Assembly: GCA_040954595.2 (NCBI GenBank)
Contig: CM082579.2
Location: 1,127,808-1,191,807 of the forward strand
Direction: 5' to 3'
From: Balanoglossus misakiensis
Lineage: Eukaryota > Animalia > Hemichordata
DNA length: 64,000 bases
The translations under genes were made by a program, and so were the position numbers. Position 1 is the stretch's first letter. Each line of letters starts with the position of its first letter. Positions 13,601 to 28,600 of the stretch are shown here, in pieces. The notes below the pieces were generated by a model, which was not told the DNA's origin, searched no databases, and worked only from the letters and a program-made list of their open reading frames with translations.

Positions 13601-16600
13601 TCTTTGAAAAGGTCAGCCTCACTATTTTACAGATGGTGAAGTCTGTCTAAGTGAAAAACTTCCACAGAACAAGTGTGTATACATACAGCAATTAGGAAGC
13701 ACAAACATAGGCCTGAAGGTTGTAACCACAAACACAGCCCCGAAGGTTGTAACTCTATCCCAACATCTAATCCTTTGTTATCAGACAAATTTATATTTAG
13801 AAACCGCTTCAAAGGCAAGAATTTTATCTTGTTGGTGTTTATATGTTTAATTTGCCAAATGCCACTGATGTTACACTTTTCATTTAATACACCAACGGAA
13901 ATAACTGAAACGTAATCAGCTTTTCTCTTAAATAAAAGCCAAATGTTTGTTGGCAGCAGCCCAGTATCTCATTTGTTTTGCTAGAATAGCCACTGAATTC
14001 TCTCCTCATATTTTAATTACATGGTAATTGCCCAAGGAAATATGGGACAGCGAAAATTTCATTTCAAATTGTACATCATTCAATAGAAGTCAGCTGCAAA
14101 TGTTCTAAAGTATCCAAACACTTTTACACTCTGTGAACAAATATGCAAGACGTTGAGCACTGACCCACGATGACTATTTGGATTATTTATTGCGGATGAA
14201 CAAGGACAAACAAGTGTGCCCTCTCAGCCCAACAAGGGAGAAGCACGTTTGTCTACTCAAGATGGCAGATGGCTGGATTCATGTGCGTATTTCTTTGCAT
14301 ACATGTACAGGTATGACTGTAAATACCAGGATGTATACTTGTAATTGTCTGGTCTGGGTCACGAAAATAACTCTCCATCAAACGTACCTCTTGGTTCTTC
14401 CTGGGTAACAGATTCTAGAAAATCCTGGGGCGTCATGTAGATTTGATTGTCATATTCGCAAGAAGCAAATTCTTGAAATCTTTCTTCTTTCTTGGAGAGG
14501 CGTGGTGGTGGTTCCTTCTCTTTAGAATCCTACAGAAATATGTCAGAAAAAATGGGATATTGAGATAACATCAAGGTCTACTTGTATATATAATTTAATT
14601 TTACACCAGCTCTATGATAAAGTTGGCGAGAATGGGGGCTGGGGTTGGGGGTGAGAGTGTTAAGCCAGACATAAACCCCCAGCCCCTTCCATCCTTACGC
14701 CAAACTCAGCAATCAAAGCAAGTAACCCATTGGCTGATCAGGAAAATGTGGAAAGGACATGTGCAAAAACTGGGGTCCTGAAATCAGATGACCTTTGGAT
14801 CAGATGACCACACCGCAAAGTCATAAACTTGACTCAGACCCCTCCATCAACAAGATTTGTTTATGTGAATTCCATATACCCTGTAGTAATAATATGATGA
14901 ACTGATGAACTGCAACTTCGCCAAAATAAACACAGGAATGCCTGAGAGACACGTCCCTAACTCAAGGTTGTTTTCCAATGATTTGTATGTCTGATAAATT
15001 GACTCATTCTACACTGTCCCATGATTTTCTCAATCTATCAGTTTCCATCATGTGTTTGATTACTGAGAGTTGTGTTTGAGAAATGTCTGGAGAGACCTTG
15101 TAAGATTTATGCACCCTGGAGTAATTACACAGAACATCTGCCTTTGTAGTCAACCTTTGTCTAGAGACACAATGATATTACCTAACTTTGGGGGATTCAG
15201 GAAAATGAGTGTTTTCAGGATGTGTACAGTCTACATTAACTCCAACAGGAAAATCAAAAAGAGCTTTTAGACAGTGAGTGTCAGTACTATTTAAGAAGAG
15301 ATTAAGAGATTCCTCCTGAAGACAATGAAAGAGTGTTAATACTATTTATTCAAGAATTATAGCTGTTGAAAGCTAGCTGTTAGTACAGCTACAACAACTG
15401 TGAATATTTGGGGAATGACAACATTTAGTGGAGATTATATTGAAAGAGTTAACGAGCCGCTAATGGGACTTGGACTGCTATAATAAACACTGAATCATAA
15501 CAGTATTGGGAATAGTGAAAGGAAGACACTTGCAATTCCAAGGTCATAATTGTCTCTTAGTGTACTGACTTCGTCACACTAATTGGCGAGTATTTCTTAC
15601 CCATTGAAATCCTCTCATGGAATAGACCTCTTTAAGCCTTCTATTTTGTTAATGGTTAATTTCTTTTCAACGTACAGTGTAGACGGCTAAATTGAAATAA
15701 AATCAACCAGTCCGGCATTGGTAGTAAACCCCTTGGACACTTTTCTCTCATTTCCAGCTAACGAAGCAACAACTATGTTTTGTTACTTTAAATGAAGTTG
15801 TGTGACATGACAAAATATATCATGGCCTTCATTGTTGTAAGTTAACTCAGTTCTGGCATCTTAAGTTCGTTCTTTTTTATCTGGTCGGCAACTGCATGCA
15901 AAGCAGAACAATTAGTCCCCACAGAAAGAAGGTGCAAATGAGTTCTCTTTGAGCCTATATCACCTTATTTGTAAATGATAGAAACTAGTGATTGGATGCA
16001 CAATGCAGTATTCATAGACACGTGTGGTCTCCCCTCAGAGGCGAAAAACCAGATAAGAAAAAGAAAAAAAAAACCTTGTCCTACTTCACAAAGCCGAAAG
16101 CTTTTATCCAGAACCTGGATAAAGCAGTCGACTCATAATCACACAAAGAACGCCGAAGAATTGGTATGTTGCAGACAGATGCATGGGCAGTGTTACCTTT
16201 TATGTTTTTCTCAAACAATCACCACTTGTACATGTCTATGACAAATATTAAATGATCTACCTCAGCCCTGAACTCTTTAAGTGGAATTCTCAACATTTTT
16301 CTCATTCTCCTAGCAAAGCCACATTGTAGCGGCAACAATAAGATTTTCGGCTTGTCTTTAACTGTTGGCAAAACAATACAGGTGGTACTGGTGATGGTTT
16401 TTGTAGAGTCCTGCAGTATAATTACTGACTACTCTAGAGGCTACTTCTATGGGGGGTGAAAGCGGACACAAGTCTGCAAAGAGAATGTGTCAGAGATGTC
16501 AATGGTCACCTCTCACAATCTATTGTGGTTTGGACACAAGATCTGGTTAGGGTGGCTGACAGTTCAATGGACAAACTTGAGGGTTTTATGCACAGACTGT

Positions 16601-19600
16601 ATGTATAATGCATGTAGACTTCACTGGTCAAGTTTCTGACTTTTCGTGCCAGACAGTGTTGACTTCTATGGTCATGCCTTTTGACTTTCCATTTAGGGCA
16701 GTGTGTAGATTTCACTGGTCAGACTTGTGACTTTCCATGCCACAAACTTCACTTTCCATGCCACAAACTGTAGACTTCACTAACCAAATTTGTGACTTTG
16801 CAAGCGAGACAGTGTGTACATTTCAGTGTGGCCATGTCTTATAACCTGCCAACTTTTTGGTGTTTCATGTCAAACACTGTGAAGATTTCGCTGGCCAAGC
16901 TTTTTGACGTTCCGTGACAGGACTTGTACATGCAAGTGGGTATATCAAAATCTTGAAAAACAGGATTATTTTGGTTCAATGATTGTTTCATTTCAAAATT
17001 GTGACGTTGTCTTGAATGTTAGAAAGATCTTCCAAGACTCTTGACAACCATGTTTGTTTGTGATTGATTGATTGAAGTCTGGAATTGAACTGTACACTGT
17101 GATGTCTGGAAGGGTTTTCTTTTTCCTTCTTGAGTTTATCGTCACAGTTGTATTGAACTTACTGAATGTTAAAGGGTAGAAGCTACACCAGGGTTAAATG
17201 CATGTAAGCCGCTTCCCAAATCCATGTTGTTTAATAGCAAACCTTTACAGCAACCATAAAAGTTGTCTGTCTACCCTTTTATTAGAGAAAATATTTTGAT
17301 TATTAAAAGACAAGATGTTGGGTGTTGCAGATGGATTTACAGGGAGACAGGTGACAGCATATGTTGCATGGATGAGCTTCAAGAAGTTTGTTGCTTTGAA
17401 GCTGATTGGACCACCATGGCAGAGTATTTACTGTGAAGACAATTGGAGGATTTGAGAGTATCATAAAATTACGTTAATCCAGTTCAATTTTATAGCTCAT
17501 GGGATTTTATCACTGGTGGTCAATAGGTAATACTAGGCTGTCTAGCTGCTGAACAATTATGAATTTATGAGATGTTTCAACTGGGATTTTATTGTGGCCG
17601 GTAAAACTGTTCTCTTCTCAAGCGTGTGTGCACGAAACCCTCTGTGCAGTGAAATACCACAGACTGATCGAATTGACACTAATCCTTGGATATTAAGTTA
17701 TTCATGAGAGACAATCAGTGGTTGCAGTTGTTCTGCACATGGGCATTTCAAGTCCCTGGAAAATTGGGGACATTAGGGTAGATTAGTCCCGGCTGTGGTT
17801 TTTCAAACACTCCAATGGAATACAGTGCATACACTCAATTGTACATCTAAAACAGCAACAGGTCAAATTAGAGGTGACTGTATACCTTTATACAGTTCAG
17901 TCTACTTTTGATTTAGCTACTCTTGAAGTGGCACTCTTTGTAAATTCCTCATTATAATTGATAGGTTTAGTATTGACTAATCAAATGTTGAATGAGCAGA
18001 GTGGCCTGAGTATTACATGTGTATAATCACCGCAGATATCAGAACATTACTCGAATGATATCAATCATTTTCAAACAAGAACAGACCTGATTTGTGTGGC
18101 AATTGAAAAGAGACTGGCAAACAATGAACTGTTATCTGGTGAGGAAATCTCAAAGAGGTTGTGAATTTGAGACTAAATGGTACAAATGATATAGTGATGA
18201 TAGCCTAGCAGTCGGTACCTGATAGCGTGCAATAGTGGAAAGCTGAGACTGAGAGTACACACAGTTAAGGTTGAAATGATCAGTCATTGTCAGTATCCAC
18301 CCACATTGGACGTGGTGGTAGGTGGGTAGATGGATAAGATAGATGGATGCAGACATGCACGCACACATGCATGCGCGTGCACACACACACACACACACAT
18401 ACATACATATAGATGACAGTCTGACCGACACAGATAAACAGGTAGGCAGGGATGGATGGATGCAACACTGACATATGCCATAAGCTCCTGCAACTAGTGG
18501 TATAATAAATTTAACCTAAAATCCAAACATCATCTGACGGATTCTTGGAAATCATTTATTGAGCTGATAAACAGTTGCTTAGCCTTTCCAGGACTCTAAT
18601 CTGGGGCAAAGCAACCGATTCACACTTGGTTTTCAAACTAATAGCATCACTGAAAAGAACGTGATTACATGATCATAAATCTGCTCAGAGCAAATAGGCC
18701 GACAGAGTACATTAAGTGCTGATTTACTGTTATACATCTGCCAAGGAACAACTGGCTTTTTATTTACAACTGTTTTGACCAATTTTACACAACAATAACA
18801 TCTTCAAGGAATACCTAAAATGATTTACTGTTGGTCTTGTTATTGTCTAAGGATTACTTTGCATCGAATATTGATCAGTAAACAAATCATTATTGATCAT
18901 TTATTGTACAGTTCCGATCGCTATCATGATGCTGAAGAATGATCAATAATCTTCTGATTCTATATCCCTAATTCAATTTGGCTCATTACCAAGTCAATAG
19001 GATGGATAATTATGTAGAGACAGTTAGAAAGTGCCATATGTAAGTGCAACAACATCGCCACCACATGGGATAGGAATGTTGGAGACAAGACTTATGAAGA
19101 CACTGTCATCCAGAGTTACAGTGATTCAGTGGGACCTATGCTACCATCAGAGATGATCACGTTCTCCCAGCCTCGGGGGCGAAAGAAGGCTTTGCCACAT
19201 TGATGAACTCTAGATGGAACTCTCATGGTCACTACTGTGAGTGTGAAACGTACTCTGCTGTAGTATTCTCGCAAGCCAGTTGCTGTAAACAGGTTGTGGT
19301 TTTTACGACAATGTGCCACAGTGGAAACTGCACTGCAGTAACAAATAAAACCAAGCTGCCATCACGGTTGCAAGTAAGACTTTGGCATCATAGTCGATCT
19401 GCCACTATACAACCACCATGGGAGTATAGCAGGCAGATTAACCAGTTTATGAAGTCCTGGGAATATGTAACTATTTTTCTCTGTTGTTTCACTGACTGCC
19501 GATGAAAAATGTGACACTTTGGATGTTTACAAGTCATTAATTTGTAGCATGTCAGAGACAGTGAAATGGTAGCCGGGCATAAAATTTCCAAGTATGCATT

Positions 19601-22600
19601 TCTGTTCTGTCATAAACAAGCTGAATGTCAGCTGGAATTGGAACCCTGAGATTCACTTACATGAGATGTGTTCCACAGAAACACTGAACATGGTAAATAC
19701 ATGTACATGTGTAGCTTTACAGTCTGTGCAGGAACACACGTCGTGTATATTTCAATAGACCATTTTCTGAACTCAATGAGATCCCACGAGATCTTGTGAG
19801 AACTATGATTGGAGGAACAATTTGGGTGACTTTCAACAAATATCTCGGCAGACACTATTCAGTGGCGCCACCAGGAATGTGATGGAAACACATTTGAAAT
19901 TTTTCATAGGACATAACGCCCTTCATGATAGGAGACCACTTGCCCTCTTCATGTCCAACAAATGACCACTTGACCTCAAGCGCATTATTCAATAGACATG
20001 GAGTAGAGGTAATATTTATATTTGTGTAAAAGAAGGGTGCACGCTCCCTCTAGTACAATATCTACATTGATAGAGCCAATGCGACAAGCACAGGCAGATC
20101 CTACACAGCAGGTAATATACAAGAATGTTTGCATCACTTTCCCTTCACATTTCATTGATGGAGGCGGGGCAGGGCGGCTTCTAACAAATGTAATTTAAGG
20201 CTATTCAGGGACACTTTCAAAACAGTTTGGAAAGTGTCCCTGAATAGCATTAAATTAAAAGGGGGCCATTCTCTTTAGGTCTCATTACTGATATGTTTAG
20301 GCTTGTCTAGACTTTCTGACACTGGGTAAACCATCCCGCATCGCCATGGGATACCGCATAAAACCCACTTAATGATGTTTTCACCCAACTGTGACAGTAA
20401 ATTTAATCAGTGTATTATTAGCAAACTGGGACTAGCACTTTACAAAGTGACAAATTCATGACACGTGCACAATGACTTTCTCCTTGCAATCACTCAGATA
20501 ATTACATCAACGAAGAAAAGGGATCAGTTTTTGGCTGCAATATAGTTCGCATTGATTATTCAGAAGTCATTTAGAACTCAACACATATTTCCCGAGTTCT
20601 GAATGAAACTTCTCGAAGACAGACTGATTTTTTTTTAAAGTTTGGTATTTTATGAAAGTTGACACTGAAGGCCATGATATGGTTGAGTGCACAATTAAAA
20701 TGCTGAAAGGAAACTTCCAAAGAGGGATAAGAATACCTTGTGCCTAATGTATTGTGTGCTATTTTGTAAAGATGAGCACAGTGTGTTTACAAATAGAGGA
20801 TCTTCCAAATGCGTTTCCAGTTTAAACACAAAGCAATGGTTGCTTTCTTCTCATTTAAAGGCCCAGAAGCTGCAATATCTGGCTACTTTTCAGTATTTTT
20901 GTCATTTTGTATCAACTTCGCAAATTCTTGTTCGACTTCCTATAGCATGTTAAATTGCCAACTAGTGTGTTTGTCAACTTATGTAGCTCATATATGACTA
21001 TTGTTACAACTGACAACTTAATTCAGGTCCAGACTTGAATGAAATTGTCAACAAGAACAAATTCTCAGTACAAGTACTACAACACATGGGCGTGAAGATT
21101 TGCGGATTCGAGTGAGAAACTCCATTTGATACACAATTTAAAATACTGAAAAATTATCACAACTTTCAGCTCATGGAACTAAGTTATCCATGGAGGTCAT
21201 CATCAGCTCGCAGCTCGACAATCCTCTGGGGCAGCAACGGGCTACCCCAAAAAGAGACCTGATGCCCCCCTCCCCTAAGAGACCTTGGCAGGCCCACATG
21301 TGGATTGGTATGACTTTGAGTTCCAGTTTCTCTGCCCCATTTTTGCCAAACTGTCCTCCAATTAACTGATGGTCTGAAATAGGATTTGTCCTTAACCTTT
21401 GTTTAGTTTGTAACTGATATGCTGAAAGTCTGTTTGGCATATGAGGACAGAGATGGTGGTAATAAAAACTGACATGTGTTTCCGAGACGGGATTTCCTTG
21501 TCAAAAATGAGAAAAAGACCTTCAAAATGACGAGATTTGTGTCAAAACCAAGACAGGACTGTTTGTCATTTGTTTTCACAGGTATTTTGAAATTAGTCAC
21601 AAATAGCATAAGGATGGAAATTCTAACCCATAAGTACAATACTGCAAGGTCTGTCTAATCAAGAGATTGTGATAGCTAAATGTTATACGACAACCTGGCA
21701 ATCAATGCAAGTTTCAATTCAGACATGTTTGAACTTCATCTTCACCCAGGTGGTACATTTTATTACAAACAACAGACTAACCTTGACAGTGGCTTTGAAA
21801 CTCAGCGAGACCATGGCCTCTACAAGTAGGGAGAGATGTAGGAATTTTAAAAACTTAAAGCCCGGGTTGGTGCAAAATTTCAACCAGTTATTAGATCCAC
21901 CCACTTTATTTTTTTCCCACAGAAAAAAAACGTGCAACAGGTGTTTTCTTGCAGAGAAGTGGTACAGACTTGATCTGCCGGTGACAGTAGCTCCTTCATT
22001 GTGATATATGATCTAGCAAAGTGATCCAGGTTTGATAGAAGATTAAAAGATTGAATTCAATGAGTTGTAAGATTAAACAAACATGTATATTGACCTCTCA
22101 CAGAGATGAGGGTGGATAACACACCAGCTATGTGAAAAGAGTAAATTATTACACTCCCAAGAATTTATACAGTGACTTCTTTAGGGAAATGCCTGTTCAC
22201 ACCAAAACAAATCAAACATCGGAAAAGTCTAGTGTACATAACCTATGCAGTTATCATGTGCTCCTGGTCAAGTACAAGCACTAGCCAGATTTATTGTCAA
22301 GAAAGGTGCCATTATTCTGTTGAAATATTTTATTTAAAGTATCCAAAGGCGGACAGACCCATCCTTTTTGTCTGGTAGCTTGCAAATGGACACTAGTATT
22401 AAAAGTCTGAAAAGAATTATAGAGAACATGCCTGTTATGTTGAGAACCTAATAAGAACTGTTTGGGCCTTTATGACTAAAACTGTTGCAATTGTGGGGGA
22501 GTCTTCAACTTACGTAGTAAGAGCAATGTTTTATTTATGGGGATTCTAACAAGAATTCAGTGTTGATACAAGATAAATGTCAAACTGCAATGCTGATCCC

Positions 22601-25600
22601 TTCACAAACATTAGACTAGACACTGTAATTCACTGCAATGAATCAAAGAAACCTTCTGCTGGAGTCAGATATGCCATGTTCATTTTCTCTATCAGGTGTT
22701 GCACAATTCACTAGAAATAAACTGAGGTGGATGTTTCCAAGAAATTTACCCAGTCAACTTATTACATCACTGCTGTATTATTTGTAGAAATCATTTCACA
22801 TATTTGTATAATCCATTGAAATTGACTGTCCATATAAAGAGTGCAGTCCACTTTACATAAATCTGTATCTTTTCTATTTTTAAAATCCTGAGAAGTTGCA
22901 TGTTTGTTGGTGACATTGGCAACCAGGTTATGCAATGTTTTACAGAGCTCTAGCTTTGTGTGGAATGCATGGCAACATTGTCAGTGGTCAGAAAGCTGTC
23001 TGATGTTGACATGACAGACAGAAACAGAATAGGGAGGTTGAAATCTATAGTCACCGGTTATTTGACAATACTTTCCCATAGTATGACCTGTCCCTTTCAT
23101 ATTCTCAGTGACCCACTGCAAAAATCATTAAACACTTAATGCATGTCAAACACACCCAAAAAAGCTGACAACCGCAAAAAAAAAGATTCAAATGTGTGCA
23201 GCTGCATGAGCCTGACTCTTTATTGTCACATGTGGCTTGATCTGCTGCAGGGATACATATAAGGTGTTTAACGGCTGTTGTGTTGTGTGGGGGGAATATA
23301 ACTTAATATTACAAACATACAATTTTAAGGGTTTCAGAGCAGACAGACATTGTAAATAATCATATCAGACATTCCAACAGTGAACACCTGATGATGCTTA
23401 ATATCATAAACATGTAATGCAGTAGTTATATTCAAAATATCTTATTACTCAATACCTTCGCAGTAAAACGCCTCAAATAGAATTTCAATATTTGTATAAT
23501 AGTCAACAATTGACATAGTACATTCTCTAGCTGACTTAGTACATTCCTCCAAAGGCTTAAGCTCTTTTGCCATTTTTCAGTATTCTGTGCGTCAATGTAT
23601 AGTTTTTTCATTAATTCCTTGCTAATCAACATACCTGCTGAGTGTGTAAAGTCTATATTGTTCTTGATGAAGACTGAAGTCAAGTCTGGACTTGATTTCA
23701 CTTATCCACAATACTAATGGTTGTTACACATGTACATGCTATAAGCAGAAGACTGACTGGACATATTACGTCAAAAGCATGCTATTTAGAAAAGCAGATC
23801 TCTACTTCATTATAGCGTCCATGTATAAACACAAGCCAAAATGCTAAATAATTGTCTCCTTGAGTTGCACCCACTTCAGAAACCAAACTCTTGCTTTGAA
23901 TGTCTATATATGATAATTTGTGTACATGTTGAAAAGACTGTTTCTACATTGCTTCTTCAAAATCCTTTTCCAAAATAAGCATGGTCATTGCATGGCCCAA
24001 TGCAATATCCGAACTCTGCATTAAAAGGATGGTAGCTTCTGAACTTTTGATGATTAATTTCACTATTTACGTCTGCAGTTTCTTGTCCATTCGCTGAAGT
24101 ATGTTAAATGCCAAGTATTCAGCATGTCAACAAAGTATGTGTACGTGTAAAGTGCAATGTTATTGTTGACATTTGAATTTTAGTCCAGACTAAAATTCAA
24201 CTGTAAACAGTAACAATGCTGTTTATTTGTATTTACAGCCAGGTTGTGATGTGCAGTGGTTAATACAATCAACACGCAGAAAAGTCTGTTTTTATTTGGC
24301 AACATATTCTCAAATCCATGAGTCTTATCTTTTATTTTTAACTGTCACCTTTTATCAAACAGCCTGCAGTGGACATAGAGTATATTGTATCCTTAATTAG
24401 GTGTGAATTACCCATCCTCAGCCATGGGCTGTCGCATTGAACTGTGGGTAAGAGAGTTCAAAATCAGGACGGCTGATACTTGTGATACAACGCAAGAGCA
24501 TGGGGAAATTCACTGGCCAAACATATTAGAACAATAAATATTTGAAGGTATTTGTGATCACTAGGGGGTTATAATTTGTCCAATAGTTTATTCTGGTTTG
24601 TTCTTTATAAAACACCATCGCTACGGACTGACCCATGCCTGCCTCCAAGCAATGTTACGAGCATCTGTGCCCTGAACTATATCCATGAGGACCCACAACT
24701 GTGTCTGTTAAACTCTTGGATGGTACACGCTGATACTGTGACAGCAACCTGACTGGTCTGGCTATCAATTCTACAAGTTTAATGCCAAGGGTAAATCTGG
24801 CGACTCCAAAACAGCTTCAGTAAATATACAGAGATTCACTTGTCAGTAAGACTTACAACGACAGCATTTATCTTCTCAACATTAGACAATAATTCTTCAT
24901 GGCACATCTGTAATTTGTAAGGATATAGATTCACTGATGAGGTACATGTATAAAACATCCAAGAACAGCATCAGTTTATATTCACAAAGGAATTGCAGAA
25001 AGGGGAGATAGAGGACATACAGCCAGTTACAGTTTACACCACTGAGCCAGAGAGTAACTTACTACCGTTGTCATTTAAGCACCCCGAAACACTGATAAGA
25101 ACTCCAATATAATTAGCCAGAGTAAACTGAGATTTTTATGCTGAAGTCGGCATCTGGTTACGTTCGTTTTGATCATTAGAACTGATTAGAGCAGTTCTGT
25201 ATCAACATGTACCACATGTTGCATGTACGTACACTCATCAATCTGTTTATAAAAACACAAACTGAGATCTCATAAAAGTAAATGCCATCTTATTTAAGCT
25301 AATTATAGCTGATGGGTTCAGGATACATCCTACTTGTCACAAATACAAACTTGTTTTGTCTCAATTCTGTGAAATTCGTGACAAATAACCAAAGGGAAAG
25401 CATAAATTAGTGATTAAGAATCGTACTAAACCTGGCAAATGTCCGAGAGTGTGTGGATGGTCACTGGTGAGAAGACTTTTTGGCCAAAATTAGCAAAACT
25501 TGAATTGATCAATGTAGTTGACAGCTCTGGAAGATGACAGTTGTTTACCATCTGCTCATGCCGAACGACTTGGTTGCAATTCTATCAGTTGTCCTCAACA

Positions 25601-28600
25601 TTCCAAAATCCATCGAGAATATACCCACCTTTGCTGCGTGCAAATGTTTTACAGGACAGACACAAGGAGGATGCGCAACGCTTGGATGGTGTTTGTCAGC
25701 ATTTCAGACAGTTATTCGCAAACACTTCATCCCAGCAGCCGAGTCAGTCAACTTTCTTCCACGGGTATACACTGTCCCATTTCTACACACTAAGAACTTT
25801 TTTTCTGTTCACCCTACCCATGCTATAAACACTCTCCTCAAGTAAATGTAGTAGCTGTTGTTTTTCACTCAAGACTGAATTTTATGGAGTATGTCTTTCA
25901 TGTTGCAGGTAGCATCATAGCCCCAAGACCAGTTTAACAGATATACAAGTCAAAAATTTACGAGTTTCTTTGGTGTATATCCCAAAACAACAAAGTTATC
26001 AGCTGACTGCCCTTGTCTTTCAAGGATGTCACATATAACCCCACGTCTCTATGCATGACTGCACATCATATTTCATTTCCAGTAAACAAAACGCTCAGTA
26101 TAAACTTAGGAAATGGTGGATTAGAGAAGATGAAGGTTATGGAGAAGTTGAGATGAGAAGTTGGCCAGTGTAGATTTCAGAATTATACCTGTATTTCACT
26201 TTGACATGTCTACTGACAGAGCACAACAAAACTGATCCTAACAACTTCTACAACATGCTAAATAAGCTCTATGAAAACAAGATATCTCATTAGCCTTATG
26301 TATCAAAATACAAATTATGAGGTGGATAAAGTTGAGTGCTTTTGAAGGTTCAACTGCTTCTGAAGGTTCTTGACTTTATCCAAGATACACAATGCGACAC
26401 AAGTGACCTATTGGTCGATACAGCTCCACTGTAATACAACATTGAAAAGAGAAATGTTTGTGAAGAATCTGTATCAAATGTCAAAGTTGACTGAGCAGTT
26501 GCCCTTACCATTGACCTCTTAAAGAGCACAATTTTTGCATAACGTTCTCTAAACAATTTCTACATGGACAGGGAGATAACAAGAGAACCATTACAGACTG
26601 AGACACTTATGAAAACTATTGGCCAAGCACTACCTCACAGAAAACTGACTTCTAAGTCTGGACTAGAACTTCTTTGTCAAGAGCAACAATGACCAAACTG
26701 TAATATGCAATTTGGCCAACTCTGTAACTAGTCCAACTCAATCAGTGCTAACCCATTAGATTAGATAGCCTTTACAATACTCAAATATCCAGACAGATGA
26801 TTGAGATGTTCAGCAATCTAATAGCAATGGGTGAAGTGATAAAATTGACAAAACTTTCCTAAAACCTTACCTTACTCCTTCAGTCAAAATTCGTTATGAA
26901 CATAGGTAGTATGTCTCCAATGTAATATTTACCGAGTCTATTCATGCTCATTTTAGAAAAAATCAAATAATGATATGAAAATTACAAAGTTTATTTTGAG
27001 AACTAGGTTGCTTGAAAGAATTCAACAAGATTAGGGTTCACCCTCAGCTAGTAGACTAGAATGCACACAGATGACGTCTATGATCACAAAATGCTGGCTA
27101 TACAAAACATTTCATAGTAACAAGGCATATGATACTTGTAGTTTTGCCGTGTCACTGATCCGAGCATTATCTGTTATAGCCAGATCCATTTTCAACCCTG
27201 GTAGGTGGTATGATATTAAATGCCTCACCTACATTTATTACTGCTGACAGAAAACTCAACTACATGCAGTATATTTCACTTGGTGTTGAACATCAAAACA
27301 TTTGAGGATTATTTTTTTGACGAAAATTGTCTCCAAAACACAATATTGATGTTTTTCAATATAATTTAATACATGACAATCCTGTGAACAAATGTTCAAA
27401 ACAATTGGACTTTTGATTTCTTTACGTTGTTCTAGACAGATATGTACCACAAGAAAATGCTCATTAAATCTTTGGTACAATTCAGTTACCCTTTTATTCT
27501 GCCTTACCATGCGATCTGTAACAGTGTTAGTGTTACACAGAAGATTGTTCCACACTCTACATAACCTAATGACAAGTTATGCAGTTACCATGATTACACT
27601 ATGCTTATTTTCAGTCAACCAGCTGCCTGTTATCAAACAGAGTTGATTTTAATTACGTCAAACAGAAATTTCAGAGCACAATCACGCCACTGCCGTATAG
27701 CCTTTTATACCTGGACCCTTCCTTCAACCATTACACCAAGTCACACACACACACCTGTTGGCTGTTACATCAGCTGTTAAATATCAGGCTAAGGTTTCAT
27801 TACAAGACAAGAGTGCCTGTTAAACAATTGCATTTCAAGTAGAATATATCAACAAAAGTGCAAAAGTGCACATTACCAAAAAGATAAGGAAGAGTTGAAT
27901 CATAGGTTTTGCTTCTCAAGATAAACGATACCCAGTTCAAATTATAAATTTATAGTTCTACAGCTCTAAATTATATCATCCATCCCACTCTGCTCCTATT
28001 TTGTATTACAGTAAAACCTGCCTAAACCGAACACCAAAGGGTCTGAAGAGGTTGTTCGGTTTGTAGAGGTGTCCGGTTTACAGAGGTTATTTTAATTAGC
28101 ATGTGGTTTTATGTCAAGGTGACAGGAAAATGTGTTCAGATTGTTGTAGTTCAAAAGGGGAAATTCCTTCAGATCAAATCTTGACCCTCCTCCCTAAATG
28201 ACTGTACAAAACTCAAATTTGTCCATTTCACACATGTGATTGTGAGGATGGGACCAAGTGGCTTTTCATGTTGACATTCCTCCCTTGTGTGGAAGCACTT
28301 TAATAACAAGCTTCTGCACTTTTACATCAAATGTAGGTTTGAAGCTAAACTATTCAAGATATTCCGACAGTCTGTAATTCTCATCTTAGGCGTGGACTCT
28401 TTGAAGACATCAGATGGCATGGCATTGCCATTTTGGACTTTCCATGTCACTGCTGATTATCGCCACCACAAAACACATCTGGTGTTGTAATATTTTCATT
28501 TAACTGATCCCAGAGGTAACATAGTTAACTGGAACACACAACCAAGCATAGTTCACATACCTACAGTCCATGTCGGACCTGGTCATGGCTAAAATAATTC

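Noticed and set aside
25518-25845. Three overlapping ORFs in MICU intron 1 (possible nested gene)
   Set aside because: I found no recognisable motif or coherent splice structure on either strand.
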